Shown one piece after another: positions 37,513 through 50,859 of a DNA stretch of 64,000 nucleotides. The position numbers were made by a program, and so were the translations under genes. The DNA is from Marsupella aquatica (Eukaryota > Plantae > Marchantiophyta). Below the pieces are notes generated by a model that was not told the origin of the DNA, did no database searches, and worked only from the letters and a program-made list of their open reading frames with translations. The DNA lies in the NCBI GenBank assembly GCA_973895155.1, contig OZ316896.1, forward strand, positions 16,914,754-16,978,753. Direction: 5' to 3'. Positions within the stretch are counted from its first letter, which is position 1, and each line of letters starts with the position of its first letter.

Positions 37513-40451
37513 TTGCACTGATTCGAGATAATCGTCATAATTTCAATTACACGGGTGTTTTCTCCTGACTGGACTCCCTCTATCGATAGCATTTCAGTGC
37601 GGGCATTTTTCCTCGATCGATCGAGGAATCATGAGGAGTTATTTGTATCGGAAAGGCAATGCTTATTGTTACTTTTTCCTCCCAGTAAGAAAGCGTTTTG
37701 CTTAGGCCAAGTTAGCAAGGCTTCGGCAATCACGCGTTGTGACCAAGATTGCGGTTCCTCCTCTCGGATTCGAGATCACGTACTTGCTAGTCTGAATGCG
37801 TAACCAAATATTTACGACAGAAGTGAAAGATCTCCAACTGCCAGCAACCAATATATGATAATTAGATGTGGGTTTCGGAACCGCAGTCTAAGTATCGTAC
37901 TTCGATGGAAAAGTCATGCAAGTGAGTTAATTCTCCGTGCTCGAATGTGGTGGAATATGAGTCGATAAAGTTTGCGAAAAATTTGTTCTTGATCTAGTCT
38001 GGCCGTGATAAAATTTCGCGAATGGTTACTCCAAATCATCGCTACCCATTTCCCAAATTGTTTCGCCTATTTGCTAATTTTGGTTTCCGAACGGTCAGTA
38101 CAAAATATTGATCGACCATGCTCAATCATATATTTGTTTTGATCGTATCTCCCAAAGCTTTGCGGCACCTGCACTACGTATTCTAGTTGACTGAGAGTTT
38201 CCCGAGAGCTGCGGGAGATCCGTTGATATTTCTTTCCATCGAGCCCTCTTCGCTGTTCCGCCCCAACAAGAGCAGCAGAGTTTCCTATGTTGGGTTGCAA
38301 CACACAGTCTTCGTTGGTGTAACAATTATTGAAGGGCGCTTCTCGTCTGGCCCCATCTTCGCTCGGTTCAGAACGGCCTCGACCAGCATCGCCATCCGGG
38401 CGCTTGCTGACATCAGATTGGCTATCGCGCAGGTGAGAAAGAGATTTAATTTTCTTCGAAGAAACAGAGCCCGATGATTGTGTACGAGTCCAGAGCATTT
38501 TGCAGGTATGATTAAGGAGGGAGAAGATAACATATTGCAGAGTACTGTAGAGAGCAAATTTAATTTATTTATTTTTTGAGACGAGAAATCTGTGAAACCA
38601 CACAGAAAAAAAAAGGAAGAGTCTATACTCAAGTGAGCTAGCGCAAAGTCATGTCACAATAGTTAAACCTAATAACTATTAGTCTCTACTCAAGTAGGTA
38701 TCACAAAGTCATGCCTCTTTGGGCCCTAGGAGAGCAATCTTAGTTATAAAGTCCAACTACAAGCTAGAGTTTTGGGGCCTAATCTTACTTTAGAGTTTAT
38801 TTACTCCAACTACAAGCTAGAGCTGGAGCCTAATCTTCTAGACCAAAGCCTCTAGACCCTTACTCTAGTGGATAGAATACTCACTCATGACTATGATGTA
38901 TCTTCCTATAAAAGCGTGAACAAAGTCCACTCTTAAGGGTCTAGGTCTAGAGTGAAGCCTCTAGACGGTAACCCTTCATACACACAGAAGTGATCATGAG
39001 TGTCAATTAAAAAAACTGAAATGAGGGTGGACACAAAAAACAAGGATGAATTGAAATAGCATACTTAGAAATTTTATTATGCAAAATTGTTTTCCTTCAT
39101 ATCTATTTATGTTCAAAGAAGGGGTAACCGGGCTAGTGTCAAATGATAGTCATGCATGCTTTTTATCATGATTTCTATTTGCATTATTAAAACAAACTGT
39201 TCTATGCCCCCACCATAACATATGTGCATATAAAAGAGTCTGGTATGTCATGCATGATTATTAAAAATAATGATGACATGCATGATAATTTTTGATGAAG
39301 CAAGCAATTTATCCTGGCCGGTGCTGGAATACTGTGTTTCCAAAAATCCCTCCTAGTCCCCTAAACCCTAAACCTGCAGCCCTCCCTTCATAATGTGCCT
39401 CTTAATTCACCTTCCAGCTCCCTCACTTCAGGAGGGGGAGAGGAGAGGGGGAAAAGGGAAAAGGAAAGAAAAATGATAAGAAAAAAGCTTGTATATCTCA
39501 TAGCACCGCACTACCACGCTAGGACCTTATGACCACCATTGCCATCTCATGCACCTTCTCACAAGCTTGCCCTCCCCAACTTACAACATCTACAACTATA
39601 ATAGACAATGCCACCATTTTTGTCCTTCATCCCGTTACAAACTTCAGTATTGGCAGGAATCAAAACTGGCCATTAGATATTTGAGTGGAAGCCAACTCTT
39701 TTTATAAGCCACCTCTTTAATTTCTTATAATGGCCTTCATATCCAATTGACCATGCCAACTGAGTTTCATTTTAGTATACTAAACTCCCAACTAAACCTT
39801 GATTTGAAGGTCTCAACTCAAACAATCCAAAGATGAAACTTGAAGTAAAAAACAGTCAGACTATTTTTGATGTGGAAAAATCTGGTCAAACCCAAATTAG
39901 ATGTCTTTTTTTTATACAGGAATCTATTACCAAAGTAGCCAGCATTTTATGATTCTTCTTAAAATCTTTATCTTCCTGAATAAAATTACACAGTTTAGCA
40001 TATTTTCAAGAGCATGTGGAAAAAGGAGAAAACCCAACTTTCTTCAAATATTACTTTTTATTATAGCCAACCTTAAAGTCCACATATGATGTAGTAAGTT
40101 AGACCCATGCCTACTATACAAGGTCTGAGTTAAGTACCTGGTTTTAAGATCAGGTAAGAGCTAGAAATATAACAGGCTGCCTAAGCACAACCCCACTTAG
40201 CTTGTCTTAGTTTGAGTTAATTAAATCAGGATAAAGATCAAACTTGGCTTAATTTGTTCTAACATCCTGCCTACATTCGTTTCTATATCTACTCACCAGC
40301 CCTTAGCTAAAGTAGGTACATTCAAGTTCAAGCAATTTCAGCTCAGCCAAGGTGTTTTGTTCCAGCATAGCATGCTAGTTAATTTCAACCATTAGCTCTG
40401 TTGCCAAACATTGATGGAGTAACCGCATAGAATGCAAGTTAACCTCAACCA

Positions 40452-43400
40452 TTAGGTCCGTCGCCAAACATTGATGGGGTAACCACCAACTAGTATTGGG
40501 AAGTTGACATGCGCCGTGCCCTGATCAGGCCCTGCTCTCTCATATCTGTATAGATCGAAAAAATCAAACAGTAAGCATTGAATATGGAGCTTTTCCTGTC
40601 CAAGCTTCAGATTTTGTGAATCTTGCACCCTTAAACTTAGCTGGTCAGAAAAACTTGCTTTAAAGAACAGGAAGTGATTCACAAGGTTGCCAACATCAAA
40701 AGAGAACACACCAATAATGCATGCGCTACGCTACGCTACGCTACTTTAAGGACTTAAATGATCAGTGTTGGTATGGCTCAAGTTCTGCAAGATGGCAGCA
40801 TGCTACTTACTTGTAAGTTGTGGTGACATGATGGACTAGGATACAAAAAATCACCTTCGCAAGGTCATCCCCCGGGCACCGATGTCCTCCCAATCCAAAC
40901 AGGATGTACGTATTTGGTTTGGGTGCAACCTGACATTTGTTTTTACTTCAGCAATCAAAAGTTGCAGCAAGAAGTCTATACGGATGTCTATACATCACTA
41001 CCTATTGATGTCTGCCTACTATAAGGGAAGGCTAAGCTGTATTCCGTTCCATCATCTGTGTTCCATCATCTGTTACCTATTAGTACAGGCAAGAAGACCT
41101 TAACAGATTTCAAGTTTTAATAGTCAAGTATTACAGGCAACAACAGCTGAACTACAACTGGACTTACTCTTGTTAATCCATGGCCACTGGGGGGCCATGG
41201 CTGTAACCTCCTTGAGTTCACTCCCTCAGAGATTACATCCCATATCCCCCTTGGGTCCATGGGTACGTTACCCTACACTTGACTGTGTACCGGAGAACAG
41301 TTCAAGTGATAACCAGGACAGTAAATTAGACCACTGAATGCCAAAAGTAATGCCTCATAACTCATAGATATACAATACAAATGCCTCATAACTCTGTAGA
41401 TATACATAGGGGTTTAGGGACTAAAGGCCGGGGCAAGGTGTTGAAGTTACAAGAGCGTGCACTTTGGTATAATTTTAATTTCCATGACTCCAACTTGTGA
41501 AGCTTAGTTAGACTTTTCTTTGCATTACAACGAATCGATCAAGTTTTGCGGCACTCACATCAAATCGGTCGGAATTAAAAGTCATGGGATCTTCATAGTT
41601 GGCAGGATCATGGTGCACGAAGTTTGTCAGCGCAAGCACTCCCCACCCCTTCGGTATTAAGAAACCTGTGTGCAAGTAAACAGCAAATGTTTAAATTGGG
41701 TCACCTCAGTTAATTTGAGGATGAATTCTTCAGTAAATTTAGACGGCGACCTCCAGGTACGACAGTAAAATCTAGATCGAAACTCAAATCAACCAGCTCG
41801 AATTCAATTGGAACCATCTCCAGCTCAATTTCATTCATGAAGACGAGGCAGGTGGCTAGATAGCACGAATGATGGAACTCTCGTGGAATTGATCATTCCT
41901 CAGATGTCCATATACATTTGAGGTGCAACAGCCAGAGCCCTGGGCCGGTGCGAGGTGGCATTGTCCTTGCCAGACTACTTAGATATCATGCATGTTAATT
42001 ACAGACCATGGTCAGCTGAACGATTGCACGAAAAATGCTAGGAGAAACTTGCCCACCGTCGTAAACAACATCTTGAGCCGCCTTTCTCGCAATTATGAAG
42101 CTAATTGAAAGTTTCCTTTGTAATTATTGGAAGAACTGCACGTCCGAACTCCAGAGTTTAGTACAAATCATAGTTTTCTTCCACCTTGTTCATCAATGGT
42201 GTACAATAGATGCAACCGGAAATGAAAGAATTCATCTACTGGAGTTTTTGTCAATCGGCAGCACCAACGGCTTTCGGTCCTTCCCACACTGCCTTCACCC
42301 TTTAGCCATCGCTGGGCTCGTATGTTCCATCAAGGACAAAGCATGTCTGAGCTGGATGACTTAAAAGAGAGTGTATCCAGTAGCTATCCAGGCGGTTTTA
42401 GTATCCGCGGGACACATATTAATGTACCTTGCCCGCATAGACTAGTTTCCTCGTATCCTCCCAAGTAAGCCTTGGCCCTTCGACGGACAGGTCTTGCCTT
42501 TAAGAATCTCTTGTTGCTCGACTTGCACAAATTGATGCACATGATCATCGATCGATCCATGCAGATGAGAATTCTTGACACGAATATAATTATGACTGTG
42601 TGAGATTGTGCAACAAGTTTGGGTGGCTACGCTTGTGTGCAAGATCAGTCAGATCAAAACTGGCGGAGTAGATTCGGGAGTAGATTCAGGTGATGAAAGG
42701 CCTCTAAATTAGACAAGGAAGTAATTTGAACCAGAAAGAAAGTCCACGGATATGATTGCTCTCTGAACGTATCGAACTGATAACATTGCCAATTTTGATC
42801 GATCGAGTACCTTTCTGAAGACGCCAGCCAAGAATTGAAAAATCAGTTGAAGATTGGAGATAGAGTCCGGATCGACCAGCTAGACAAACAAACAGAGTGG
42901 GACCTAATAGGTCCACATATACCTGAATCCGCTTGAAGATATCTGGATAGTCCACGAGAAACTTCAGTGTCCATGCCAAAGTCGTAGCGGTGGTCTTAAG
43001 GGCACCAAGCCAAGCTCCAACAACCTCATCAATTATTTTCTCTCCATCAAAATATTGCACCTCCTCTCCTCGTGCATTGTCTCGAGCTTCTAACATCATT
43101 CTCAACACATCAGACTCGGTATCCTTTTGGCTCTCTCTCTATTCCATGATGGATTTCATATACGACCTCAAAGTGTTTCTTGCCTGCGTCGATGACCCAA
43201 TCGTCAGTTCTTGCTCCTGTTACGGCGTCTTCATTAGTTTTGTTTAAAATCTGTGCTGGTTTTTGAGCTGGATTTGCACTTTTCCACTAAATTCAAGCAT
43301 TCTTCTGAGCACATTCAGCCCGTTTACTCTTTCTCGGTTCTGACTCACATCTAGTATGCTTTTTGACTCTTGAACTGATTCGTTAAGGTGCATTCAGGGT

Positions 43401-44746
43401 TTCACGTACTAATATCTAATATATATATATGGTAAAGGCAGGCAGTCAGAACCGAGAGTCACAAGCCAGTGAGGCTGAGGACAGTCTGGATGTTCATCCT
43501 CTTGGGCCTTTTCCCTCCTTCTATTAGGTCTCTTTGCCTGTGGGATACTGCATGTCTCCCGGTATGGCATTTTTTGGTCGATAAATAATAGTTATAGTCT
43601 GGATACGCGCACGAACCTGATGTCCTTTGTGGTGAGCAGTTCCTGGAAGATTTATTGGTATACCGTTAATGCTCCCGATCATAGTCAACATGTTTTTCAC
43701 TGCCAACTTTCCTTCTGGTGTGCTCCGGAGTCTTTTGATTCTGAATGCGAGGTACGCGCCCGTTTCTACAACAAGCTGTGCACATACAAGGCATCTTGCG
43801 TTCAGGAAAATGAATGTGGAACACGAAGCCTAGCTTGGAGACCTGCTGTGAAACGAATGAGCAACTTCAGCTGAGATCCAACATACATATTACGATTCAT
43901 ATGAAATTTTGAGCAATCAAGATAAATAGCCCACCCCTTGCGTCGCGTCACTGCCAGAAACGGTCCCTTTATAATCTTCCCAAGAAGCTAAATTTTCAAG
44001 AATCATGCTCTCCAGTGCGGGATCATAGTCGCGAGAGATTCTGGAAACGTAAATCTCTTGAAGAGCTTCTTGATAGCGACATGGCGTGGGCCATCCCCGA
44101 AAGAAACTGCATTGGGGACAATGTATTCCACATTTTTTGGATATTGCACTAAGAAGATTTCGGGGTTTACACTAATAAACTTTGCAAACTCGGGAGTCGT
44201 GCCAAGTATGGCTTCCGCAAAAATATCGAAGACTTGAATATGCTTCCATACCTGCATCATTGACATACAAGTTCGGAGTCTGATCAGCACTAGAACATGC
44301 TGCAAGGAGTACTATAGACGGTTAAATTCCTTTCACAATCTAGAAAGCCAACTTTTTTTCGCTCAAAATAACAGTAACATAGTCCACATGCGCATTCAAA
44401 GATGTTTTCGTTGACTGAAGTTACTTTCGACCACGCAGAAGGAAAACAAGCGGTGGCGGCCAACATTGAGTACTCCATGGTACTAGATGACCCCTGGTGA
44501 TGAAAACTACCATTTAAAACTTGAGTACTTCATACAAAATTACCTTTTCACATGAGAAATCGCAAACCCGAGAGGATCTCGCAATACAGCTAGTGTTTCT
44601 CCAATGATGGGCCAACCGAGCGTGCCCTTCGGAAGCCGAGCACCGCGCTGTACAGATCTCTGCCAGTGCAAGCTGTAATGCAGCACGAAGAGTGTGAATA
44701 GCGAAGTCAGCACCACACCTACAAGTACTGAGAATGTGTCTGCCAT
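40452..44746 (-). pseudogene. Cytochrome P450, CYP85 clan, 9-exon unprocessed pseudogene
   Basis: Exons give the TM anchor + LPKGTLGWPIIGETL, RYGSIFKS, IPINLPGTAHHKG, I-helix WLGALKTTATTLAW, LTWEDTRKL, FLIPKGW..HHDP..DPMTFNSDRF, heme FGLGGHRCPG and a C-terminus GGYPINVWRRT*. Lesions: 2 frameshifts in exon 2 (~44210, ~44015), TAG at 43139-43141, a frameshift and mutated acceptor in exon 5, and TAA at 42124-42126 replacing the E of ExxR. Confidence 0.92.
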
Positions 44747-44861
44747 CGCTCTAGCTAGATTTCGCAAACTGCACAGCAGCTGGGTTTCTCGTAGGCAAGT
44801 GCTCACTTTTGCACTTCCTCTTTGTTGATTGCCAAGGACAGGAGTGATCGAGCGCAGTCAC

Positions 44862-44882
44862 TTATATATGATTATATATATG
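44862..44882 (-). promoter_or_regulatory. Putative TATA box of the P450 gene
   Basis: TATATATAA / TATATAAG about 120 bp upstream of the ATG at 44746. Confidence 0.4.
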
Positions 44883-45483
44883 GCTATGCTCAGAACTGAT
44901 CGAATCTCCTTTCACACAAGGGAAGACCCCAAACAAAGGAACGCGATTAATTCATAATTAGCAGTGCATTCATGATCATGTGTGGACTGATGCCTTCTCC
45001 TGTGGTGCCTTGTCACTCCGTCCCTTGACAAAAGCATCGCATGGGCACTCCGAAAGACAACGGGTATCCTTAGAGACTACAAATCGTAGATACACGGTTT
45101 GAAACACTCTAAGAGTCTTCCACCACTCGGAATGTATTTGAAGTATGAGCTCTCTTCGGTATATATAAGTGATTGGAATGAGTCCAGCAATCAACTCTAT
45201 CTATGTAAACGAGTGGTCTGGGTCTCAGCCAACTCTTGCACTTTCAGATTCAGTCAGATTACTATCATCCAGTTTGGCAGTTTCAGAATCAGACAGTTCG
45301 TCAGCCAATGCCGGGGTCTCCGCAAGGTTTTGTCCTAGTAGTAACAATAATGCACATTCAACATGCGCCCCACATTCCACAGACTTGATTTCACCCTTTA
45401 CTATGCCCTGTTTTTAGGTGTTGCTATTCAACTTGCAGTTTTCCATATGCAAGCTTTTTGACTCTCAAGGTTTAGGAAAGCAC

Positions 45484-46755
45484 CAAAATACTTGATGGGC
45501 CCTCTAGGTAAAGATAATCCTGATGAGCCCCTCACTTCTCAAATATACTTAATGGGGCCCCTTGTCCCTGCAACCCTTTCTCATGACCTGTCTGATTCTC
45601 AATTTTTTTTGGAAATACTCATACCTGAAAGTATTTCTCCAAAGCATATTCTTACCTGAACTTTAGTAAGATGAACCACCTGGTTTGGAGCATATTCTTA
45701 CCTGAACTAGCTTTAGTAAGGTGAACCACCAGTTTGGGTGCTATCAGCTATAGGGTGCCCTTTGGGTGCTATTTTTTAAAAGTTGTTTTTTGCATTTAAT
45801 TCACGTGGGCCTAAACATTTCTTTGATGTTATTTTGCCAAAAACATTTTTGAAAATATTCACTGTAAACTACGTGAGCATTTCCTTGGTGTTATTTTTGT
45901 GAAAGTTTTTTTGTGTCACTTTGAGTAAACATAGAGACATGAATTATTGTAATATGATTTTGATAGCTAATCACGTGCGATGAAGGGTAGGATCATTTTA
46001 TTTGTTCTAAGGGAAGACTTAAAAAAATTTGCAAAAGAACAATAGGGTCTTTTAAATTCAATTTTGAGACTTATAAGAACATTAGGGTCTTTTTAATTCA
46101 ATTTTTGGAATATTCCAACTTTATAGGGGTTAAAAACAATTCTTACATTTTAGGGGGTCCAAGGACTAAAAACGTCAGAGGTGATGGGGAGGTCCCCATA
46201 TAGTGAGACCCCCAAGGAATTGTTTAGGGCCCACTTGAATTAACTGCAAAAAACAACATTTAAAAAACAGCACCCAAATAGCACCCAAATAGACCCGGAT
46301 AGCACCCAAAACCATTGGTTCACTTAGGAAAGTTCAGGTAAGACTATGATTTGGAGAAATACTTTCAGGTATGAGTACTTCCAAAACATTGAGAAAGAAT
46401 AACTAAAGAGCTCTAGTAAATTTTAAGAACTAGTTAAGTACTACTTACCTTGCATAAGTATGTCAAAACATGAAGAAAAAAATGAAAATGGGAGTGACTA
46501 GGGCTAAATACTTTGTACATAAGTTATATACCTATTTTTAAGAGAGTACACTGAACATTGCTTCTAGAGAGTACATTTGGTGGACTCACATAGACAGTTG
46601 ACATGTAAGATTATGTTACAATTAAAACATGAAAAAAATAATCACACGGGTCATGAAAAAGGGTTGCAGGGGGGAGGGGCCCATTAAGTATATTTGAAAA
46701 GTAAGTGGCTCTCGTTAGGAATATCTTTACCTAGAGGGGCCCATCGAGTATTTTG
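45484..46755. mobile_element. Foldback / long-TIR non-autonomous element (MULE-like?)
   Basis: Outer inverted arms 45484-45597 / 46640-46755 and inner arms ~45608-45825 / ~46213-46386. No ORF. Flanked by a ~60-bp direct repeat. Confidence 0.8.
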
Positions 46756-47218
46756 CTATTCAGCAACAAGTAGTTATCCATATGCAAGCTTTTTGACTCT
46801 CAAGATTCAGGAAAGAGTGGTCTGGGTCGATCTGAGCTTGCTTTTGCTTTGGCATCTACTCAGAGTGCCCCTTGGGAAAGTAAACATAGGTTTGTTGAGG
46901 CTTGCCTTAGTCATTACGAATCACTTGAAACATAGGTTTGTTGAGACCAGATAACTTTATCTAAGAGTCCCCAATGAATCTGGCCAGATAACTTTATGCC
47001 ATCTATATGGCAAAGACTTGTTATTCTGGTTAAAAGTTAAAATTAATAACAGTGTGTTAATTTAAATCTTGGAGAACTGTTATTAAACATTTGGCACAAT
47101 ATAAACCAAGACTCTTGTGCTGCCATATAACTACTTTAATAAATCCATGTGAAGCTAGGATTCTTTTGTTGTCTAACTAATTAATAAAGAGCTATGTGAA
47201 GCTAAGATTTGCAGCCTA

Positions 47219-47606
47219 CTGTCTTCCCCCAAACACAGTGCCCAGGCGTTGTGTTCAAAAATGGATTTTTAAGGTCTCCATAAGAAAAAGTGTTTTTTCT
47301 TCACACACAACATCATATTAACACAGCGCGCGGGTGTTGTGTCAGAGATTTGACCCTAAACTATTCTACATTGAGCACAAATAGTAAAAGATTCAAGAAT
47401 CATTTGCCAATGCCAACATTCAGACACAACATCAATATTCAAACACAATGTCCATTTTCAAACACAACGCCCTGCAAATACAAAAATTGAAACACATATA
47501 TTAGTCAAAACTCAAATACAGTGCCCCAGGCACACTATTCGAATAGAGCGCCCCATGGCCCACTATTCGAATACAAGGCCATGTCGTTGTGTTCGGGGGA
47601 AGAGGG
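47219..47606. mobile_element. MITE with TA target duplication (Tc1/mariner, Stowaway-like)
   Basis: TA|CTGTCTTCCCCCAAACACA ... TGTGTTCGGGGGAAGAGGG|TA, 388 bp, with internal CTATTCGAATA palindromic motifs. Confidence 0.8.
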
Positions 47607-50600
47607 TAGGGTCTCTCAACCCTAAACCGGGCCCTAAACCCTATACTGCTTCTTGTCTCCCTCTCCAGAGGTTAATGGGTTTGGTTCCTGTTACTCATTC
47701 CGATGAGGAGCTATGGTAAACATGAGGGGTAGTATCGATTAATTTGAGGTCCGGCAGGTCCTTGGAATTCCAGAGTGGAAAATCAAAGTTCCAAGTCAAG
47801 AATTCAGTCATTCAGATCTTGAGATGTCTTCTCCAGCTGCTAACTTACAATTTGAAGTAAAAAACTGATTCCACTTACATGTAGGACGTAGTGAGATGGT
47901 GGATCAAGATGAACGAAATCAGCTTTGCAATTTCAACCCCCAGGCACATATGAGGTCCTGAGCTGAATGGTAGACAAGTGTAGGGTTTGGGCGGGTCCTG
48001 AAATGCGGGCATCAGCTGTCAAAAGAGGATTCTTAAACTGAAAAGAAAATGATTAAATTAACGTCACATCGATCTGCCAATATATTGAAGGAGAACAAAA
48101 TTAAGCCTCCCTGATGACTGTTGACATCAGTTGACTTACATTGAAACGATCGGGATTAAAAGCCTTTGGATCAGGATATATGTCAGGATCCGAGTGAATG
48201 AAATTGAGCATTGGAAATACTGCCCACCCTTTGGTATAAGGTAACCTGCATGCAGATTTATGGAGGAAATCAATCAATGTGATCAGCTCAGCTAGTGCAA
48301 TCTGAATATATTTGACGTTAATGCTTACATTATAGTTGAAGTTGATACCAACTACGCTATGATCTAATTGATAGATAGGTACAGGGGACCAATTCTCAGA
48401 TCAACTACCATTCAATCGATCTGTTCACCCAGACACAGATATTGAACTATCAACGAAATGCTTGGTAAAATGGCACCACAGAGCATTATGAATCTTTGCT
48501 CACCATTGTACTCAACGTCTTGAGTTGCCGTTCTTGGCACTATAGCGCCGAGTGAGATTATCCTTTGTAACTCCTTTAAAACAACTGTTTTAAATTTACA
48601 CGATCTCCTGACGCAAAAAAGTAGTCAGGTAACGAATTTTTATTCCATCACACGGTCCACCGCACCCCCCCCCCCCCCCCAAAAAAAAAAAAAACCCAGA
48701 ACAAGACCCACATTTGACTTTGCCAACCGCATTAGTGTCACAAAATGCGTGAAGCAGCTTCTTCCTGGCTGTCCAGCCTCCATGGCAACGCACTGTTGTA
48801 CCCACTTGCTTTCTGCATGTCAAGGTCGTGGAGGCTCATTCGTTCTAACCGCCCCCAATCCTGTGTAACGAAACAAGTCACGTTCTTTGCCTGTACTCCT
48901 ATGTCAAAAACTCTCCCCGAAATTTCCTGCAATCCCATGGCCTTCGAAGATTTTCCTCAAATATGTTTTCCTCGACGTAACCTTCGGGATTTTTCCAAAT
49001 CTTAGCCATGTGCCTATAAAGAACAGAAGGCACTTCCAGAAACTGTGTTCTGGACACATCAGAAGGTACTGAACGATATGGTGGATGGCCAGTGCTTTAA
49101 AAGAGTCTCGATTAGCTACTGACGAAAGCTAGCTTATGGGATGAATCAAGGTCCATTCCAAGATTTCGAACTCAGCAGCAGAGTTGACGGTATCATTCTC
49201 GCAATGTAGGACTGGTTGGCTAAAAAAGCACAAACAACACTTTGCTGACTGCCTTGACTATGCTCCACAACCTTGACCAGGCCACTGTGAAATGGAACGA
49301 AAATGTCACGATACAAGATCGAGCCTGAGCCTAAGAGCCTAAGTATCTGTCTTAACATTTACTCTCTGACATTCACCAAAAAATATGTTCTCGAGGTCAG
49401 TCGGAGTGGCGGTTGCCGGGCAGTCGATGGCCTTCTGCTTGACACGAGAATTTTGTGGCACTCCACTACTGTAATCCGAAAAGGAGAGTGTAGAGGACTT
49501 ATGCTTGAAGGGACAAGCTCTGAGCCAGTTCTAACGCGAGTGCGAAAAATGTGGTCTCTTGGGGGAATATGAAAGGATAATTAAGAGATCCAAATTAAGA
49601 TTTTCCACAACAACCGGCTCAGGACTCACAACACTAACGCATCATTTGCTCGGGAGTACATATTGAGATGAGCGCGAGCAATATGTTGCTTAGGTTTGTG
49701 ACCCAACATGTGGGCGAGATGGCAGACCCACAGAATCTTGGTATTGATTTAGGCCCAATACAATAGTTGAAGTATGCACTCACCATGTACATATAATGTT
49801 TCTCCATCCAACAACAAAGCAGCCCAGCCATGAGAGCTGCTGCAGCTCGTAGCATTAAACTGCTTCCTTACTGCGAGTTCTACTGAGATCTTTTCCGTGT
49901 AACGAGCCAATAAGTGGGATTTAGTTGTTAATGGCGCACATGACTAGCTTCCAAGTGCACATCCTTGTGGGCATCATTCTCAAAAGCTGTGCAGATCACT
50001 GTCAACTCAGGCACGGCGAAGTTTTCCTCCTATAAGCTTGCAACACTAATAGTCTCACGCGCAAGCTCAAGCTAGAGACTACTCTGGACTCTGGCAGCTT
50101 CAAAATAAGTGCCTCTCTAATGCCCCAGCTCACACTCCTATGTAATAGTGGAAATCCGCACTCAACTAAGATCTTGCAGCCCATTGTTGACTATTTGGGC
50201 AATACATACAATGAAAGAGAAACGCCTAACCAAAACCCTCCCAGCTGGAGACGAATGATCCTCTTTCAGGACCTGAAAGAGAATTCTTTAGCAGACACCC
50301 TGACTGAACTAATTTCCTTCCCTGCATGCCACATAACAGGGTTTTCCTTTCCCATGACATGCTTAGGGGAGAAGTGCACGAGAGACAAGTAGGAGCTTAC
50401 CGCCTTCTGTAGCAGACTCTGCCACCGAAGATTCCAGTCGACGAAATTTGCTATGGAATCAATTCCAGCGCCGAAAAGGGCGAAACTTCATGTACTCTTT
50501 CAGACCCATGAAAAACGAATGGAACCTCGGCAGAGAAATATACAGTTCAGAGGTGAGTTGACAGAAACGATCCATGGATCTGCAACTAACAGCACACGGT

Positions 50601-50859
50601 CAACAACAACTTGGCCAGCACGGCATGGATCCACGCTCTGCACTAACATAATTGGTTGGCTTCTGCGATATGTGTGCATCCGTCTTCGATATCAATCCGG
50701 AGTTGCAAGCAGATGAAAGAACATGACGGTGCTTCAGTTTCCAACTGGGTGCTTTAGGCACAGAAAATATCTTTTACTCTGTGGATTGAGATAGCAATCA
50801 CCCCTGAAAACCCTGTTACTGAAGACATTCGGTGAGTTGATCCTATCCTCCATAAACTA

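Noticed and set aside
38067-38632. Overlapping ORFs of 96-143 aa
   Set aside because: No domain recognised, and they are not needed to complete the P450, which ends at 40452.
39358-39373. Telomere-like CCCTAAA repeats (also ~47620-47643)
   Set aside because: Only two units each. At most telo-boxes, not an interstitial telomere.
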